From: a virus | Lineage: Duplodnaviria; Caudoviricetes | Direction: 5' to 3' (one strand) | Length of the DNA: 52,295 nt | Virus record (IMG/VR): IMGVR_UViG_3300045963_000039 | Location: 1-52,295 of that record | Shown: positions 38,156 to 48,735 of the stretch, one piece after another | How the letters are laid out: the number at the start of each line of letters is the position of its first letter | Position numbering within the stretch: position 1 is the stretch's first letter | The notes under the pieces: model-generated | Database searches by the model: none | Told to the model about the DNA's origin: nothing | The model's input: the letters and a program-made list of their open reading frames with translations, nothing else | Made by a program: the position numbers and the translations under genes

Positions 38156-41100
38156 ATGGCAGCTCTAGGACAAATAGACAATAATGCAGTTAGTAAATAT
38201 TTAGGAACTGGTAAGAAGTTAGGATCGACTCCAGCTCAACCTAGTGAAGAATTAAACGCTCTTAGAACTGCTGCTAGTAACGTAGACTCTGGAGATGGAC
38301 AAAGTACTCCAGGGCTTGCTAGAAACTTAGGTAAAACCTTCTTATCTAGTACTGTTAATCTAGGTAATGCAACTATAGAATCTGGTAGACAGCTCGGCCT
38401 AATCTCAAATGAGACAGCTAATCAACAACAAAAATTAGGCTCAGAATCAGCTCAAAAACTAGGTCAGTCTACCTCTCCTTCTTTTCAGAAAGAAGCTGCT
38501 AAACAAATATTCGATGAGAATGGAAAGTATACTGGAGATTTCTCTGGTACTACCCTTCTGCATAGACTTGTATCATCTACTCCAGATTTATTAGCTACAG
38601 TAGGACCAGCAGGTCTAGCGTCTAAAGGTCTTAAAGCCTTAGGAGCATCTAGTAAGATTGCAGGTGCTTTAGGAGCTGGAGCAGCAGAGGGAGTTGTTGC
38701 AGGTGCTGAAGGTGCTTCACAGAAACGTGGAGAGGTACTAAATACTCCTATAGAACAATTAAGAAATAGCCCAGAGTTTCAAAGCTCTCTTGTATCTCAA
38801 GATCAATCTATTCCATTAGATCAAAGAGAACAGAAAGCTAGAGAAGATATAGCAGGGAAGGCTGCATCTGATGTATTTGGACAGACTGCTGCATCTACTG
38901 GTATTATTGGGGTGGCTACAGGTGGTGGTGCTCTAGGAAGTATTCTAGCTAGTTCAGGTGGAAAGATTACTAAGAGTATTATTAAGTCAGTTGGTAAAGG
39001 ATTTGCTGAAGAAGCTCTACAAGAAGCTCCACAGTCTTACAATGAACAACTCATCTCTAATGCTGCCACTAAGAAGTATGTAGATCCTAATAAGAATATT
39101 ATGGATGGTACTCTTAATGCATTAGCAGAAGGTGCAGTTACTGGAGGTGTGTTAGGTGGAGTAGGGGCAGGTGGTGCTCATGTGACTGGTTCTATTGGAA
39201 GTAAACCAGTAGATCACTCAGAAGCAGTACAAGATCTTAATCCGCTTACAGGTGAGAAGTTCCAGAATAAAGATGTAATAAATGCATATACTAAATATAA
39301 TAATACTTTCAAGAATGTAGGGGATACTCAAGCTCCTGCCTACCAAGAAATTTATAATGCTGCTAAGACTAATTTAGATGGTATAATTCAGAAAGAACAA
39401 GAGAGTTCTCAACCTGACGCTATTAAAGTATCTGAAGCAAAGACTGTCCTCGATTTAATTCAAAGATCTCATGAGTCTTTATCTAAACAAGAAGACCTAG
39501 TAAAACAACAGGATCAAGAAGCTACTAAGCAAGTAGATGAAGCTACTAAAGTAACTCCAGAATCTTTTAATCCAGATAATTTATCTGGAACTGCCAATGT
39601 GACTGATAGTAGTCCAGCAGCTATAGATAATACTGTGTCTCCTGAAGCTCCGAATGTAAATGATATTACATCTGCATTTGATAATAAAACTACTATACAG
39701 CCTATAGAGGGCATTAATGCCAACCAAATCGAAAGCACAGCAACGACTGATGTTAGTAGCGGAGCACAACCCCAAGTTCAGGAAGCAAGTGGGCCTACCT
39801 CTGAAAGTAGCACAGGACTTCACACAAGCGGACAAGAAACTGGGCAAACTCAAGAGCAAAAAGTAGGCAATAATGGATCTAAGATAATACAATCTCAAAT
39901 TGAAAACTTAGATAATACTATTAAGCAGTTACCTAAAGATAGTGAAGAGCTTCCTAATATTATAGCTAGGAGAGATGCTTTAGTAACTCATCTTAATACT
40001 AATAATAATTTAGAATCTATTGTAGATTCTTCCAAAGTTAGTCAGTCTACTCCAGAGCCAGTACTTGATAGAAGAGACAACACTTCTAAACGTGATAGAT
40101 ACTCTAAACTAATATTAGATAGAAAGATAGCAGAGAATAGAACTCTTAAATCAGACTTGGCTGATGCTAACAAGGAATTAAGAACATCTTCAGTTACTGG
40201 CCTTCCTAATAAGAAAGCATTTACTGAGCTAGCCCCACCTCCCTTCGTTGCATCTGTTGATATAGATTCATTAAAATATATTAATGATAATCTAGGGCAT
40301 GATGCAGGTAATGAACTATTAAAGACTGTTGCTAAGGTTATAGCTAAACACTCTGATGCTTATCATATCTCTGGAGATGAAATATTAGTTAGAGGTAATT
40401 CTCAACAAGAACTTGAGACTCAACTTAGAGCTGCTCAGACTGAACTTAGATCTGGTGAGCATATTATTACTGGAGATAAAGCTACCTTCAATAAGCCAGG
40501 TTTCAGTTATGGTATAGCTCCTGTCTCTCAAGATGTACCTAGTGCAGTAAAGCAATCTGACTTATCTATGTTAGATAATAAAATTGCTAGAGAGGCTACA
40601 GGTGAAAGGGCGGCTCGTGGTGAGAAGCCAGATGGTTTTCAAGATATAGCTCTTACTCCAGCAGAAGAAGATGTTAAGATTAAATCTTTATCTAATATCC
40701 AATCTATTAAAGATGCTTTAGAGTCTGAAGAGGTAACGGTAGATAATGGAGTCATAGAAGATAACTCTATAGAACCAAATCTTTCTCCATACTCTCTAGA
40801 AGATCTACATACCCTCGATCAAGTAGTAGAAGCTATCTATAATAAAGATTTAGAAATAAAAGAAGCTAAAGATAATGGAGAATCTCTGGAAGTTCGCAAG
40901 AGTCTTCAACAAGAGAGAACTCAATTAGGTCTTAAGAAGGCTGAGATAGAAGGGGTTACTAGAACTACTCCAGTTAAAGTATCTCCTAAAAATAATTTAT
41001 TTAATGATGAAATAGACGAGGATGATAATGGTGACTTTACCGAAATTTCATTTGATACATCAGGTAGTATCTTTCAAAGTAAAACAACTTTTGAGCAAAA

Positions 41101-44100
41101 TAAAACTACTCTTAAAAGGTTAACTGATTCACTTAAGAAGAGTGTTCTTGATAATATATCTTTCCATTATATAGAAGATTTTAATACACATGACTGGGCT
41201 AATGAACCTAACATGTCTAACAGTATTAAGTCTAGAACTTTCTCTTCTAAAGAAAGGGCTTTCATAGTTACATCTAAAGGAAAGAGTTCTGTATACTTTA
41301 ATGATAAACTGATAGACTCTACTGAGCGTTTAGTAGGTACATTTGCTCATGAGGTGATAGGTCACTTTGGATTAAGAAAGATATTCACTAATCGTAATGA
41401 TGAGATCTCTGGAAGTAGAACAGGCTATGATACATTCTTATTAGATCTAGTAAATAATAATCCTAAGATGAGAGCTGATATTCTTTCACTCTTGCCTAGA
41501 TGGAAAACCTATTTAATGGACTATAATCTGTCACGACCTGAAAATCATATAAACACTTTATCATCAGATCAGGTGATTCAGTTCGGTAGAGAGAAGGTGC
41601 CTGTTGAAGTTGCTATTAAATTGGCAGATGAATACATGGCAGAGCTTGCCAAAGCTAAATTCCTTAATAGACAATTCGTAGATAAGGAAGTTGGTCTAGG
41701 TGCATCTCTTGGTAAAAAGAGATCTGCTTTAAGGATACAGAGAGATAACTGGTTTAATGGGTTTATTAGAAAAGTAAGACATATGTTTAGAAGAGTCTTC
41801 GGAGATGTGTTTGCTAATAATATATCTGATCAAGACTTAGAACAAGTTATAGCTAAGAGTGTTGATGATCAATTTGAAGTCTTATCAGACAAGTATTTAG
41901 ATACTCCATTTGATAGCAGTAATTATCTGGTATATGGAGGTTTAGATACTCCAGAAACTAATATTCCTTATCAGAGTAATGGTGAAGTGCAATTTGATTC
42001 AGAAGAGTTAGATGAGGATTTAATAACTCATAAGATGACTTTGATAGATGATACTTCTGCATTTATCACTGGAACATTAGATGGCTTTGGTAGTTTATCA
42101 GATACTATTCGTAGTAAAGCTTGGAAGGTTATAAATCAAAAGATTAATGATAGTCCAATACTTGCCTCTTTTAAAACATTTGGCAACATGTCCTATCAAG
42201 ATGCATATACCTCCATGCAGAATATCTTTAAAGGAAATATATCTCAGGTTGAAAAGAGTACTCATGCATTGGCTAAAGCTTTGAATGGTCTTAATGCTTT
42301 ACAGAATCAAGCAGTCTTTGAATACTTTACTACTAAAGATGCACAAGTAGACTCTCTTCCTTTAACTCCTATACAAAAGAATATAGTAAAAAATGCTAAA
42401 GATAATATACGAAACGTTGGTAGATCATTAGCAGATCTTAATATTATTAATAAAGATTCTTTTGAGAAGAATGAAGATGCTTACTTACACACAGTTTATC
42501 TAAAGTATGTAGATCAATATAGAGGTAGCAACAAGAAAACTTCTATGCTAAGTTGGGCTAAATCTCAGAAGAATTTAAGTGAAAGAGAGAAGTTAGCCTT
42601 AGGTCAGATTAAAGATGTTAAGTTCTTAGTACCTGAAACTCTAGGAGTTCTATTAAGAGATCATACTCTTCTTACTATGTTCTCTACTCTTAATCAAATG
42701 TCTAATGAAAATAATCTATTTTGGGTTATGACTAATAATGCTAAGATTAAGTATGGGACTACTAAGTTGGATATTGATTCAGCTTATGAGCAATTAGATC
42801 GTAATAATTTTATTATAGATCAACACTCTAAAGTTGATAAGAATACATTCGGTACTACTGATACTCAAATAGAACAACTTAAGAAAGATACAGAATCTCT
42901 TAAAGTTAATATAGATGCTGTAGAGAATGCAATATTATCTCAAGCTCATTCTCATGCTCTATCTAATAATCAGACTACTGAGCAAGATAAACACGCCTTC
43001 TTAAGACAACACTACGTTCGTTTACCTAAGAAGCCTCAGTTAGGCCGTCTTAGTAATAAGTGGGTACGTAAAGAGATTGCTAACGATCTTGATGCTATAA
43101 CATCTGCTTATACTCTACACGATAAGAATACTATAGAGAGGTTCTTTGCCCAGGGCGGTACTCTTGAAAGAATCAATAGATTCTGGAAAATGAGTATGGT
43201 TGCTTTAAATCCTGGAAGTTGGGTTAGAAATACCTTTGGTAACTTTGCGTTATTAGATTTATCTACTTCTACAAATAAAGCTAAATTGATAGGTATGCTT
43301 CACCAAGAAATCTCTGGTACTTTATCAGGAAATCAAAGTGAGTACTGGAGATTGGCAGATCAGTATGGTCTATTCGGTAGCACTTGGAGTGCTGTAGAGT
43401 TACAGGATATTTATAATAACTATGGAGATGATCTTAAGAAAGCTCAGATTGAATTTCATGCTAGAGAGAATACACCTATAGATCAAGCTTTACATTTTAC
43501 TGATGAAAGATTACTAGCATTTGGTAGAATAGCTGGACATAAAATAGGTAATAGTACATCAAAGGCTTATGCTCTATTAGAAGGTACATTTAAAACTGTA
43601 TCCTTTAGGGATTATATTCAACAATGGGAGTCTCAGAATAAAGATCAATATCCTAATGGATATAAAGATCAGCAATTAACTGCTTCTCAAAGACAAATTA
43701 TTTTCTCTAAGGCTGCATCACATGCCAATGAATCTCTATTTGATTATAGTCAAGTAAACAGTATGGTTAAGACTCTTCGGAGGGTACCATTTGGCGCTCC
43801 ATTTATAACATTCTCTTATAAAGCTGGCCCTGCTGCTATTAAAGCTATGGTCAATCATCCTATTAAGTTTGCTCAATATGCTACTCTTCCTGCTTTATTA
43901 ACTACCATCGCTATGATGGCTAATGATTGGGATGATGATGATATAGCTAAATTTAGACAAGCTCTTCCAGACTATTATAGAACTAATCCAGGAGTAGCTT
44001 TCTTACCTTTTAAAGATAAGGTTGGGAGAGTACAGATTCTACCTTTAGACTATATAATACCTTGGAGTCAGTACACAACTGCTGCTAGAGCAGTCTATGA

Positions 44101-44647
44101 AAACTTTAAGGTGGATGGAGGTGAGAGCCCTATTTCAACTGGAATAAAGTCAGGTGGTACAGTTCTTAATAAGTTTGGATTTTTAGGAGGCCCTACTCCT
44201 AGTGCAATCTCTGCTATGCTATCTGGTAAGGATAAGTTTACTGGACAATCTATTATAACTCCAGGTGCTTCAGCTTCTCAGCAGTTAGGGGAAAGTATGA
44301 CATTTGCATATAATATGATAACTCCAGCATGGCTAAGTAGTCATGGTTGGTTTGCTAAGATGTATGATGCTTTTAAAGATAAACCTACTACCAATAAGTT
44401 TGGGGATATTAAGTTTACTCCATTACAAGCAGTAGCAGATATAACAGGCTTTAGAGCTACATCAGTAAATGTACAAGCTGGGCTCCAGAATAGAAAGACT
44501 GGATTTGAATACAGACTTAAAGAAACAGCAACTCTTCGATCTAAGATCATTCATGATCCTAATGAGACTAATAAGGCTGCTAAATTAAGAGATGTAGCTC
44601 AGAGAGAGAAACTTATTCGTATACAGATGAGTGAAGCTTTAAAGTAA
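38156..44647 (+). CDS. Giant ejection-type polyvalent protein with GGDEF-like and zincin-like domains
   Basis: 2163 aa; Gly/Ala-rich N-terminal segments; aa ~676-810 GGDEF-like; HEVIGH at aa 1065 plus downstream E; last gene of the structural operon. Confidence 0.85.
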   Translation: MAALGQIDNNAVSKYLGTGKKLGSTPAQPSEELNALRTAASNVDSGDGQSTPGLARNLGKTFLSSTVNLGNATIESGRQLGLISNETANQQQKLGSESAQKLGQSTSPSFQKEAAKQIFDENGKYTGDFSGTTLLHRLVSSTPDLLATVGPAGLASKGLKALGASSKIAGALGAGAAEGVVAGAEGASQKRGEVLNTPIEQLRNSPEFQSSLVSQDQSIPLDQREQKAREDIAGKAASDVFGQTAASTGIIGVATGGGALGSILASSGGKITKSIIKSVGKGFAEEALQEAPQSYNEQLISNAATKKYVDPNKNIMDGTLNALAEGAVTGGVLGGVGAGGAHVTGSIGSKPVDHSEAVQDLNPLTGEKFQNKDVINAYTKYNNTFKNVGDTQAPAYQEIYNAAKTNLDGIIQKEQESSQPDAIKVSEAKTVLDLIQRSHESLSKQEDLVKQQDQEATKQVDEATKVTPESFNPDNLSGTANVTDSSPAAIDNTVSPEAPNVNDITSAFDNKTTIQPIEGINANQIESTATTDVSSGAQPQVQEASGPTSESSTGLHTSGQETGQTQEQKVGNNGSKIIQSQIENLDNTIKQLPKDSEELPNIIARRDALVTHLNTNNNLESIVDSSKVSQSTPEPVLDRRDNTSKRDRYSKLILDRKIAENRTLKSDLADANKELRTSSVTGLPNKKAFTELAPPPFVASVDIDSLKYINDNLGHDAGNELLKTVAKVIAKHSDAYHISGDEILVRGNSQQELETQLRAAQTELRSGEHIITGDKATFNKPGFSYGIAPVSQDVPSAVKQSDLSMLDNKIAREATGERAARGEKPDGFQDIALTPAEEDVKIKSLSNIQSIKDALESEEVTVDNGVIEDNSIEPNLSPYSLEDLHTLDQVVEAIYNKDLEIKEAKDNGESLEVRKSLQQERTQLGLKKAEIEGVTRTTPVKVSPKNNLFNDEIDEDDNGDFTEISFDTSGSIFQSKTTFEQNKTTLKRLTDSLKKSVLDNISFHYIEDFNTHDWANEPNMSNSIKSRTFSSKERAFIVTSKGKSSVYFNDKLIDSTERLVGTFAHEVIGHFGLRKIFTNRNDEISGSRTGYDTFLLDLVNNNPKMRADILSLLPRWKTYLMDYNLSRPENHINTLSSDQVIQFGREKVPVEVAIKLADEYMAELAKAKFLNRQFVDKEVGLGASLGKKRSALRIQRDNWFNGFIRKVRHMFRRVFGDVFANNISDQDLEQVIAKSVDDQFEVLSDKYLDTPFDSSNYLVYGGLDTPETNIPYQSNGEVQFDSEELDEDLITHKMTLIDDTSAFITGTLDGFGSLSDTIRSKAWKVINQKINDSPILASFKTFGNMSYQDAYTSMQNIFKGNISQVEKSTHALAKALNGLNALQNQAVFEYFTTKDAQVDSLPLTPIQKNIVKNAKDNIRNVGRSLADLNIINKDSFEKNEDAYLHTVYLKYVDQYRGSNKKTSMLSWAKSQKNLSEREKLALGQIKDVKFLVPETLGVLLRDHTLLTMFSTLNQMSNENNLFWVMTNNAKIKYGTTKLDIDSAYEQLDRNNFIIDQHSKVDKNTFGTTDTQIEQLKKDTESLKVNIDAVENAILSQAHSHALSNNQTTEQDKHAFLRQHYVRLPKKPQLGRLSNKWVRKEIANDLDAITSAYTLHDKNTIERFFAQGGTLERINRFWKMSMVALNPGSWVRNTFGNFALLDLSTSTNKAKLIGMLHQEISGTLSGNQSEYWRLADQYGLFGSTWSAVELQDIYNNYGDDLKKAQIEFHARENTPIDQALHFTDERLLAFGRIAGHKIGNSTSKAYALLEGTFKTVSFRDYIQQWESQNKDQYPNGYKDQQLTASQRQIIFSKAASHANESLFDYSQVNSMVKTLRRVPFGAPFITFSYKAGPAAIKAMVNHPIKFAQYATLPALLTTIAMMANDWDDDDIAKFRQALPDYYRTNPGVAFLPFKDKVGRVQILPLDYIIPWSQYTTAARAVYENFKVDGGESPISTGIKSGGTVLNKFGFLGGPTPSAISAMLSGKDKFTGQSIITPGASASQQLGESMTFAYNMITPAWLSSHGWFAKMYDAFKDKPTTNKFGDIKFTPLQAVADITGFRATSVNVQAGLQNRKTGFEYRLKETATLRSKIIHDPNETNKAAKLRDVAQREKLIRIQMSEALK

Positions 44648-44665
44648 TTAAATTTTAGACAAAAT

Positions 44666-44715
44666 AAAACCCCTATAGATCTAGTAGAATATACTAAGTC
44701 TGTAGGGGTTTTTTA
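44666..44715. terminator. Bidirectional terminator between convergent operons
   Basis: aaaacccctataga...tctgtaggggtttttt. Confidence 0.85.
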
Positions 44716-44719
44716 TTGT

Positions 44720-44920
44720 CTAGAGATTACAGAATATTAGATCAGCATATGCTTTCTCTAAAGCTTCTTCTTCTATCATCTTCTCTGTTTCTATATTATC
44801 CTGAACTAATCCAATAAATACATTCTGTAAGTATTCTCCTAAATGAGGGTTTCTATTTAGAAGCCATTGCTTATCAAAGAATGCATTATCAACATGAGTT
44901 CTTTCATTACGATCTATCAT
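44720..44920 (-). CDS. Hypothetical protein
   Basis: 66 aa; ATGA coupling. Confidence 0.65.
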   Translation of the reverse strand: MIDRNERTHVDNAFFDKQWLLNRNPHLGEYLQNVFIGLVQDNIETEKMIEEEALEKAYADLIFCNL

Positions 44921-45555
44921 CTCACTACCTCTATTTTCTCTATAGGATATATTATATCTAATGTACCATCTTTAAGAAGCTTCGCCATTTCTCCTTTCTT
45001 TATAATACTATCTCTTATTTTCTTAGCTGACTTATGAGAGGTAGTATATATTAAGATCTCAGCATTAGCTGGAGAGTATACTTTAGAGAGTTTATATATC
45101 TTCTTACGAAGAAGTTCAGGTTGAAACTTGGCTAGGCCTTCCTTTATAATCTTCTTCATTCTTGTATAGAAGGTATACTCCCATTTCCACTCTAAAGACT
45201 CACCTCTTCTAATCTCATTAATCTTACAAGGGGCCATATCATATAACTTAGCAACTTTAATAGAAGGATCATAAGAACTCAATATAAAGAGGACATCAGC
45301 ACTTGTTAATTTACCACGAGGATTATGTACAAAGTAACCTGCCTTAGGTCCTTGTCTAGCAAATGCATATATCCTTCTCTCTTTATCTAACTCTTCTTTT
45401 GTTAAAGATTTATTAGATACAGCATAATCTAATATCTTATATAGATATTCAGATGTCATATCAAAAGCTTCTTTAAGTTCCTCCTCAGTACCTTCTGGCT
45501 TTTGATCATACCAATATTTTCTAGTTTTCTGAGCTTCTCTTCTTCTCTCTTGCAT
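44917..45555 (-). CDS. Hypothetical basic protein (possible DNA-binding)
   Basis: 212 aa; KLT..DV..I, A..Y.M....I..IRRG..W motif. Confidence 0.7.
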   Translation of the reverse strand: MQERRREAQKTRKYWYDQKPEGTEEELKEAFDMTSEYLYKILDYAVSNKSLTKEELDKERRIYAFARQGPKAGYFVHNPRGKLTSADVLFILSSYDPSIKVAKLYDMAPCKINEIRRGESLEWKWEYTFYTRMKKIIKEGLAKFQPELLRKKIYKLSKVYSPANAEILIYTTSHKSAKKIRDSIIKKGEMAKLLKDGTLDIIYPIEKIEVVR

Positions 45556-45558
45556 TTA

Positions 45559-45723
45559 CTATTTCTCAGTTAAATCCGGTCTCATATCAGATGTACACAT
45601 AACATGCCTACTAGGATCACTAAATTGACTACAAGGGTTTCCTGAGTCTATCTCCATGAATAACCACCCTACCAGCATTAAACCTAATACAAATATTCCA
45701 AACGCATTAATCATTTCATTCAT
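45559..45723 (-). CDS. 54-aa TM peptide
   Basis: MNEMINAFGIFVLGLMLVGWLFMEIDSGNPC...; GAGG RBS. Confidence 0.55.
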   Translation of the reverse strand: MNEMINAFGIFVLGLMLVGWLFMEIDSGNPCSQFSDPSRHVMCTSDMRPDLTEK

Positions 45724-45725
45724 AA

Positions 45726-47408
45726 TTAGCCCTCACAAGCTACACATTCACCTTTACTGGTACTAACACCAGACTCACTTCTTATATAGTATAAAGATTT
45801 AATGTTGGGGTCTTTGAAGGCCATTTGATGAACTTCAGATATATACCCTTCATCTTCATCAGCACTAAAGAATAGATTGATAGACTGAGCTTGATCTATA
45901 TATCTCTGTCTAGTAGATGCCATTCGTATGATGGCCTTCTGATCTATTTCAAATGCGGTCTTAAATACATCCTTCTCATGATCTGATAACCAATCAACTC
46001 CTTGTACACTTCCTTTATTCTTTATAATATCTGAAATAGTTTCTTTAGAATATACCCCCTTCTCTTTCATAACTTTAAGAAGAGAGGGATTCACTCTATC
46101 CATTTCTCCTGATGCACTGCCTTGTATATAGGCATTCTTATATATAGGCTCTATACCTTGACTAACTCCACCGCATATCAACGATGAGGAGAGATTAGGA
46201 GCTATAGCTAATAGAGTAGAGTTTGCTCTTCCTGTAGCAAATGTAACCTTACACTCTTTAAATACATCTACTAACCATCTACTAGCATTATTGCTTTCAT
46301 GATATATCTCTTTAAATAATTCTATATTCTTAAGATGTGCTTCTAAACTCTCAAAAGGAATACTCTTATCTTGTAGATATGTATGGAAACCTAATGCTCC
46401 TAATCCTAAAGCCATATGATTACGTGTAAAGTTTACAGCTTTCTCTAGACCTTTTATCTTAGACCCAATCTCTATAAAGTTTAATGCTACACAATGCAGA
46501 AATACTATGCTATCAAAGATTGTATCTGTATCTTTCCACTCATCATATTTAGAAAGATTAAGTGAAGATAATACGCAAGTAAAAGTTTCATCATGATTTG
46601 ATGGAAGAGCTATTTCTGTACAAAGATTAGAGGCTAGGATTGGCATATCAACATAGAAATCTGGAGCTAGTCTATTCACTTTATCTGTAAAGAAGTAATA
46701 ACCTTTACCAGAGATCATTTTTAACTTTAGAGACTTCTGATAACGATCTATAGCATCAGGATCTCCTTTATCTAATCTATCTATAAAATCATCAGATATA
46801 CACCAACCAATATTAGCATCATCAGGATTCTTAGATATATAGTTTAATAGCTCATAGAAATCATCATGATCTATGGGTAGATAGCCAGCCCATGCACCTC
46901 TTCTACTTCCTTGATTAATATCTCTGCTAACTTGAACGAAGTCTTTGAAGACTGGCAAAACTCCAGAACTACTCCCTCTCATACCAGTTATCTTACTTCC
47001 TCTAGGTCTAATATCTCCTAGATAGCCTGAAGTACCAAACCCATTTTTAGAGAGAAGTGCAGCTTCTAATTGTCCTTCATAGAAACCATAAACACTATCA
47101 TCTATATACCCTCCAGAACAAGATACAGGACAACCTTTACTTCTTCCCATACTAGAAAGAACTGGAGTAGATGCCGCTAACCAACCATTCCAAAGTAGAT
47201 TGAAGAACTTCTTATTCCAGTAAGGTCTCTCTGGCATATATCTGGAAGCAGTCCTTGCTATCATTTGGAATCTAGCTTTGAGAGTCTCTCCTTCTTCTAG
47301 ATACTTATCCTTAAGCATTTGATAGGAGTTAGTTGTTACCCATTCTGGCATCTCTCCAGCATCTTGTAACTCTTTCCTCTCTTTAGATAATTGTTTATAC
47401 AGATTCAT
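45726..47408 (-). CDS. nrdA: Ribonucleotide reductase class I alpha subunit
   Basis: PVSC, QG.RRGA.A.Y, SNLCTE, CVLSS.N, AIAPN.SSS, IDQAQS.NL, SLYY, C-terminal CVACEG. Confidence 0.95.
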   Translation of the reverse strand: MNLYKQLSKERKELQDAGEMPEWVTTNSYQMLKDKYLEEGETLKARFQMIARTASRYMPERPYWNKKFFNLLWNGWLAASTPVLSSMGRSKGCPVSCSGGYIDDSVYGFYEGQLEAALLSKNGFGTSGYLGDIRPRGSKITGMRGSSSGVLPVFKDFVQVSRDINQGSRRGAWAGYLPIDHDDFYELLNYISKNPDDANIGWCISDDFIDRLDKGDPDAIDRYQKSLKLKMISGKGYYFFTDKVNRLAPDFYVDMPILASNLCTEIALPSNHDETFTCVLSSLNLSKYDEWKDTDTIFDSIVFLHCVALNFIEIGSKIKGLEKAVNFTRNHMALGLGALGFHTYLQDKSIPFESLEAHLKNIELFKEIYHESNNASRWLVDVFKECKVTFATGRANSTLLAIAPNLSSSLICGGVSQGIEPIYKNAYIQGSASGEMDRVNPSLLKVMKEKGVYSKETISDIIKNKGSVQGVDWLSDHEKDVFKTAFEIDQKAIIRMASTRQRYIDQAQSINLFFSADEDEGYISEVHQMAFKDPNIKSLYYIRSESGVSTSKGECVACEG

Positions 47409-48421
47409 TAAGAGACCTCATAGTTTACTAAAGACCCACTCCACTTAAATGCGGTCTCACTCCAATTTCTATTATAATCTGACCCCTGACGAACAAAGAA
47501 ATCATGGAGTACAGAACTATTCAAGTTATTATAAAACCAATCTTTAATAGGATTATATTTAGGTAAATAAATCGGTTTAATATTTAATTGAGATAAACAA
47601 ATATCTAATCTAGATTCTACAAAGTTTATAAGTTGATGAGCTGTTATCCCTTTTATCTCACCTCTCTCAAATATCTTATTAATGATTACAGTTTCATGTT
47701 CTAATATAATCTTAGAAGTATCTACTATATCTTCTACAAGCTCTGTAATATTGAAATTAGGATTCTCGGATAGAACTTCAGATAGGTACGTGTTATATAA
47801 CCAAGCACCTCCTTGACTATGAAGATCTTCATCTTGTGCAGAGAAGTTAATACCAGCATTAATATTGACAAGTTTATTCTTTCCTTGTGTTTGAAAGTGC
47901 TTAATAAAAGCAAATGAACTATAAAGTACAGCCCCTTCTATCATAGAGAAAATTGCTATACTCTTCAATCTATTAAAATGTGTATCTCTTTTTTCAACTC
48001 GCTTTCCTATCCACTTCATTCTATTAGTTAATATAGGATCATCTAAGTATGAGTTATAAAACTCATCAGTATCCAAACCTAGCAGCTCATTAAGTCTACT
48101 ATAGAATGGTGCATGAACACCTAACTCCATAAAAGAGAATGTAGCTGCCATACGCTGAATATCAGGGCGAGGGAAGATACTAGAAATATAGTCTTTCCAG
48201 TATTCGTTCCCAACTGACAACTCGTAGATTGTAAAAAGCTTAAGAACAGAGATGATACCATGATACTCACTAGCAGTAAAATTAGTTTTAAGATCATGTA
48301 TATCCTTTTCTATTTCTATTTCATCTGGCAACCAGAAGATTTCAGATTGTTGTCTAGCAAATGAGACAGCCTGTGGATAGTCTATTGTATATGTAGATTT
48401 AGGTTGTAGAATTTTTATCAA
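47408..48421 (-). CDS. nrdB: Ribonucleotide reductase class I beta subunit
   Basis: FWLPDE, E..VH...Y, EG..LYSSFA, DEDLH, DFF...Y; TTG start. Confidence 0.93.
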   Translation of the reverse strand: MIKILQPKSTYTIDYPQAVSFARQQSEIFWLPDEIEIEKDIHDLKTNFTASEYHGIISVLKLFTIYELSVGNEYWKDYISSIFPRPDIQRMAATFSFMELGVHAPFYSRLNELLGLDTDEFYNSYLDDPILTNRMKWIGKRVEKRDTHFNRLKSIAIFSMIEGAVLYSSFAFIKHFQTQGKNKLVNINAGINFSAQDEDLHSQGGAWLYNTYLSEVLSENPNFNITELVEDIVDTSKIILEHETVIINKIFERGEIKGITAHQLINFVESRLDICLSQLNIKPIYLPKYNPIKDWFYNNLNSSVLHDFFVRQGSDYNRNWSETAFKWSGSLVNYEVS

Positions 48422-48551
48422 ATAATAACCTCGTTAGTTTGCCTATTAAAAATATAATAGATGTAAAAAATATACTTAGTAAAATAAAATCTGAAAGAGT
48501 GGCTATATTAAATATATAATATATAAAGTAGTATAACAAATATAGATCCAT
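48399..48551 (-). CDS. 50-aa hydrophobic peptide
   Basis: MDLYLLYYFIYYIFNIATLSDFILLSIFFTSIIFLIG...; weak RBS, very AT-rich. Confidence 0.35.
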   Translation of the reverse strand: MDLYLLYYFIYYIFNIATLSDFILLSIFFTSIIFLIGKLTRLLFDKNSTT

Positions 48552-48561
48552 ATCTTAAACC

Positions 48562-48726
48562 CTATGAGTTGTTAATAAAGTGGATTACCGGCACTACTTC
48601 ATAATCAGATGATCCTTCTAAGATCATATACCTATGAACTTGGTCTAAGGTATCGAACCTAAGGATAGATTCGCATAACTCTCCATCTATAGCGATGATT
48701 CGATACTTTGTTGTTTCTGTTAGCAT
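48562..48726 (-). CDS. 54-aa hypothetical
   Basis: MLTETTKYRIIAIDGE...; AGGAG RBS. Confidence 0.6.
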   Translation of the reverse strand: MLTETTKYRIIAIDGELCESILRFDTLDQVHRYMILEGSSDYEVVPVIHFINNS

Positions 48727-48735
48727 TGGGTTCTC

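Noticed and set aside
11884-44550. Numerous short minus-strand ORFs within the structural operon (e.g. 18377..18892, 34256..34639, 39581..39898)
   Set aside because: Antisense to well-supported genes, with no recognisable motifs.
38156-44647. Giant gene as N4-type virion RNA polymerase
   Set aside because: Much shorter than N4 vRNAP, and I recognised no T7-like polymerase motifs.
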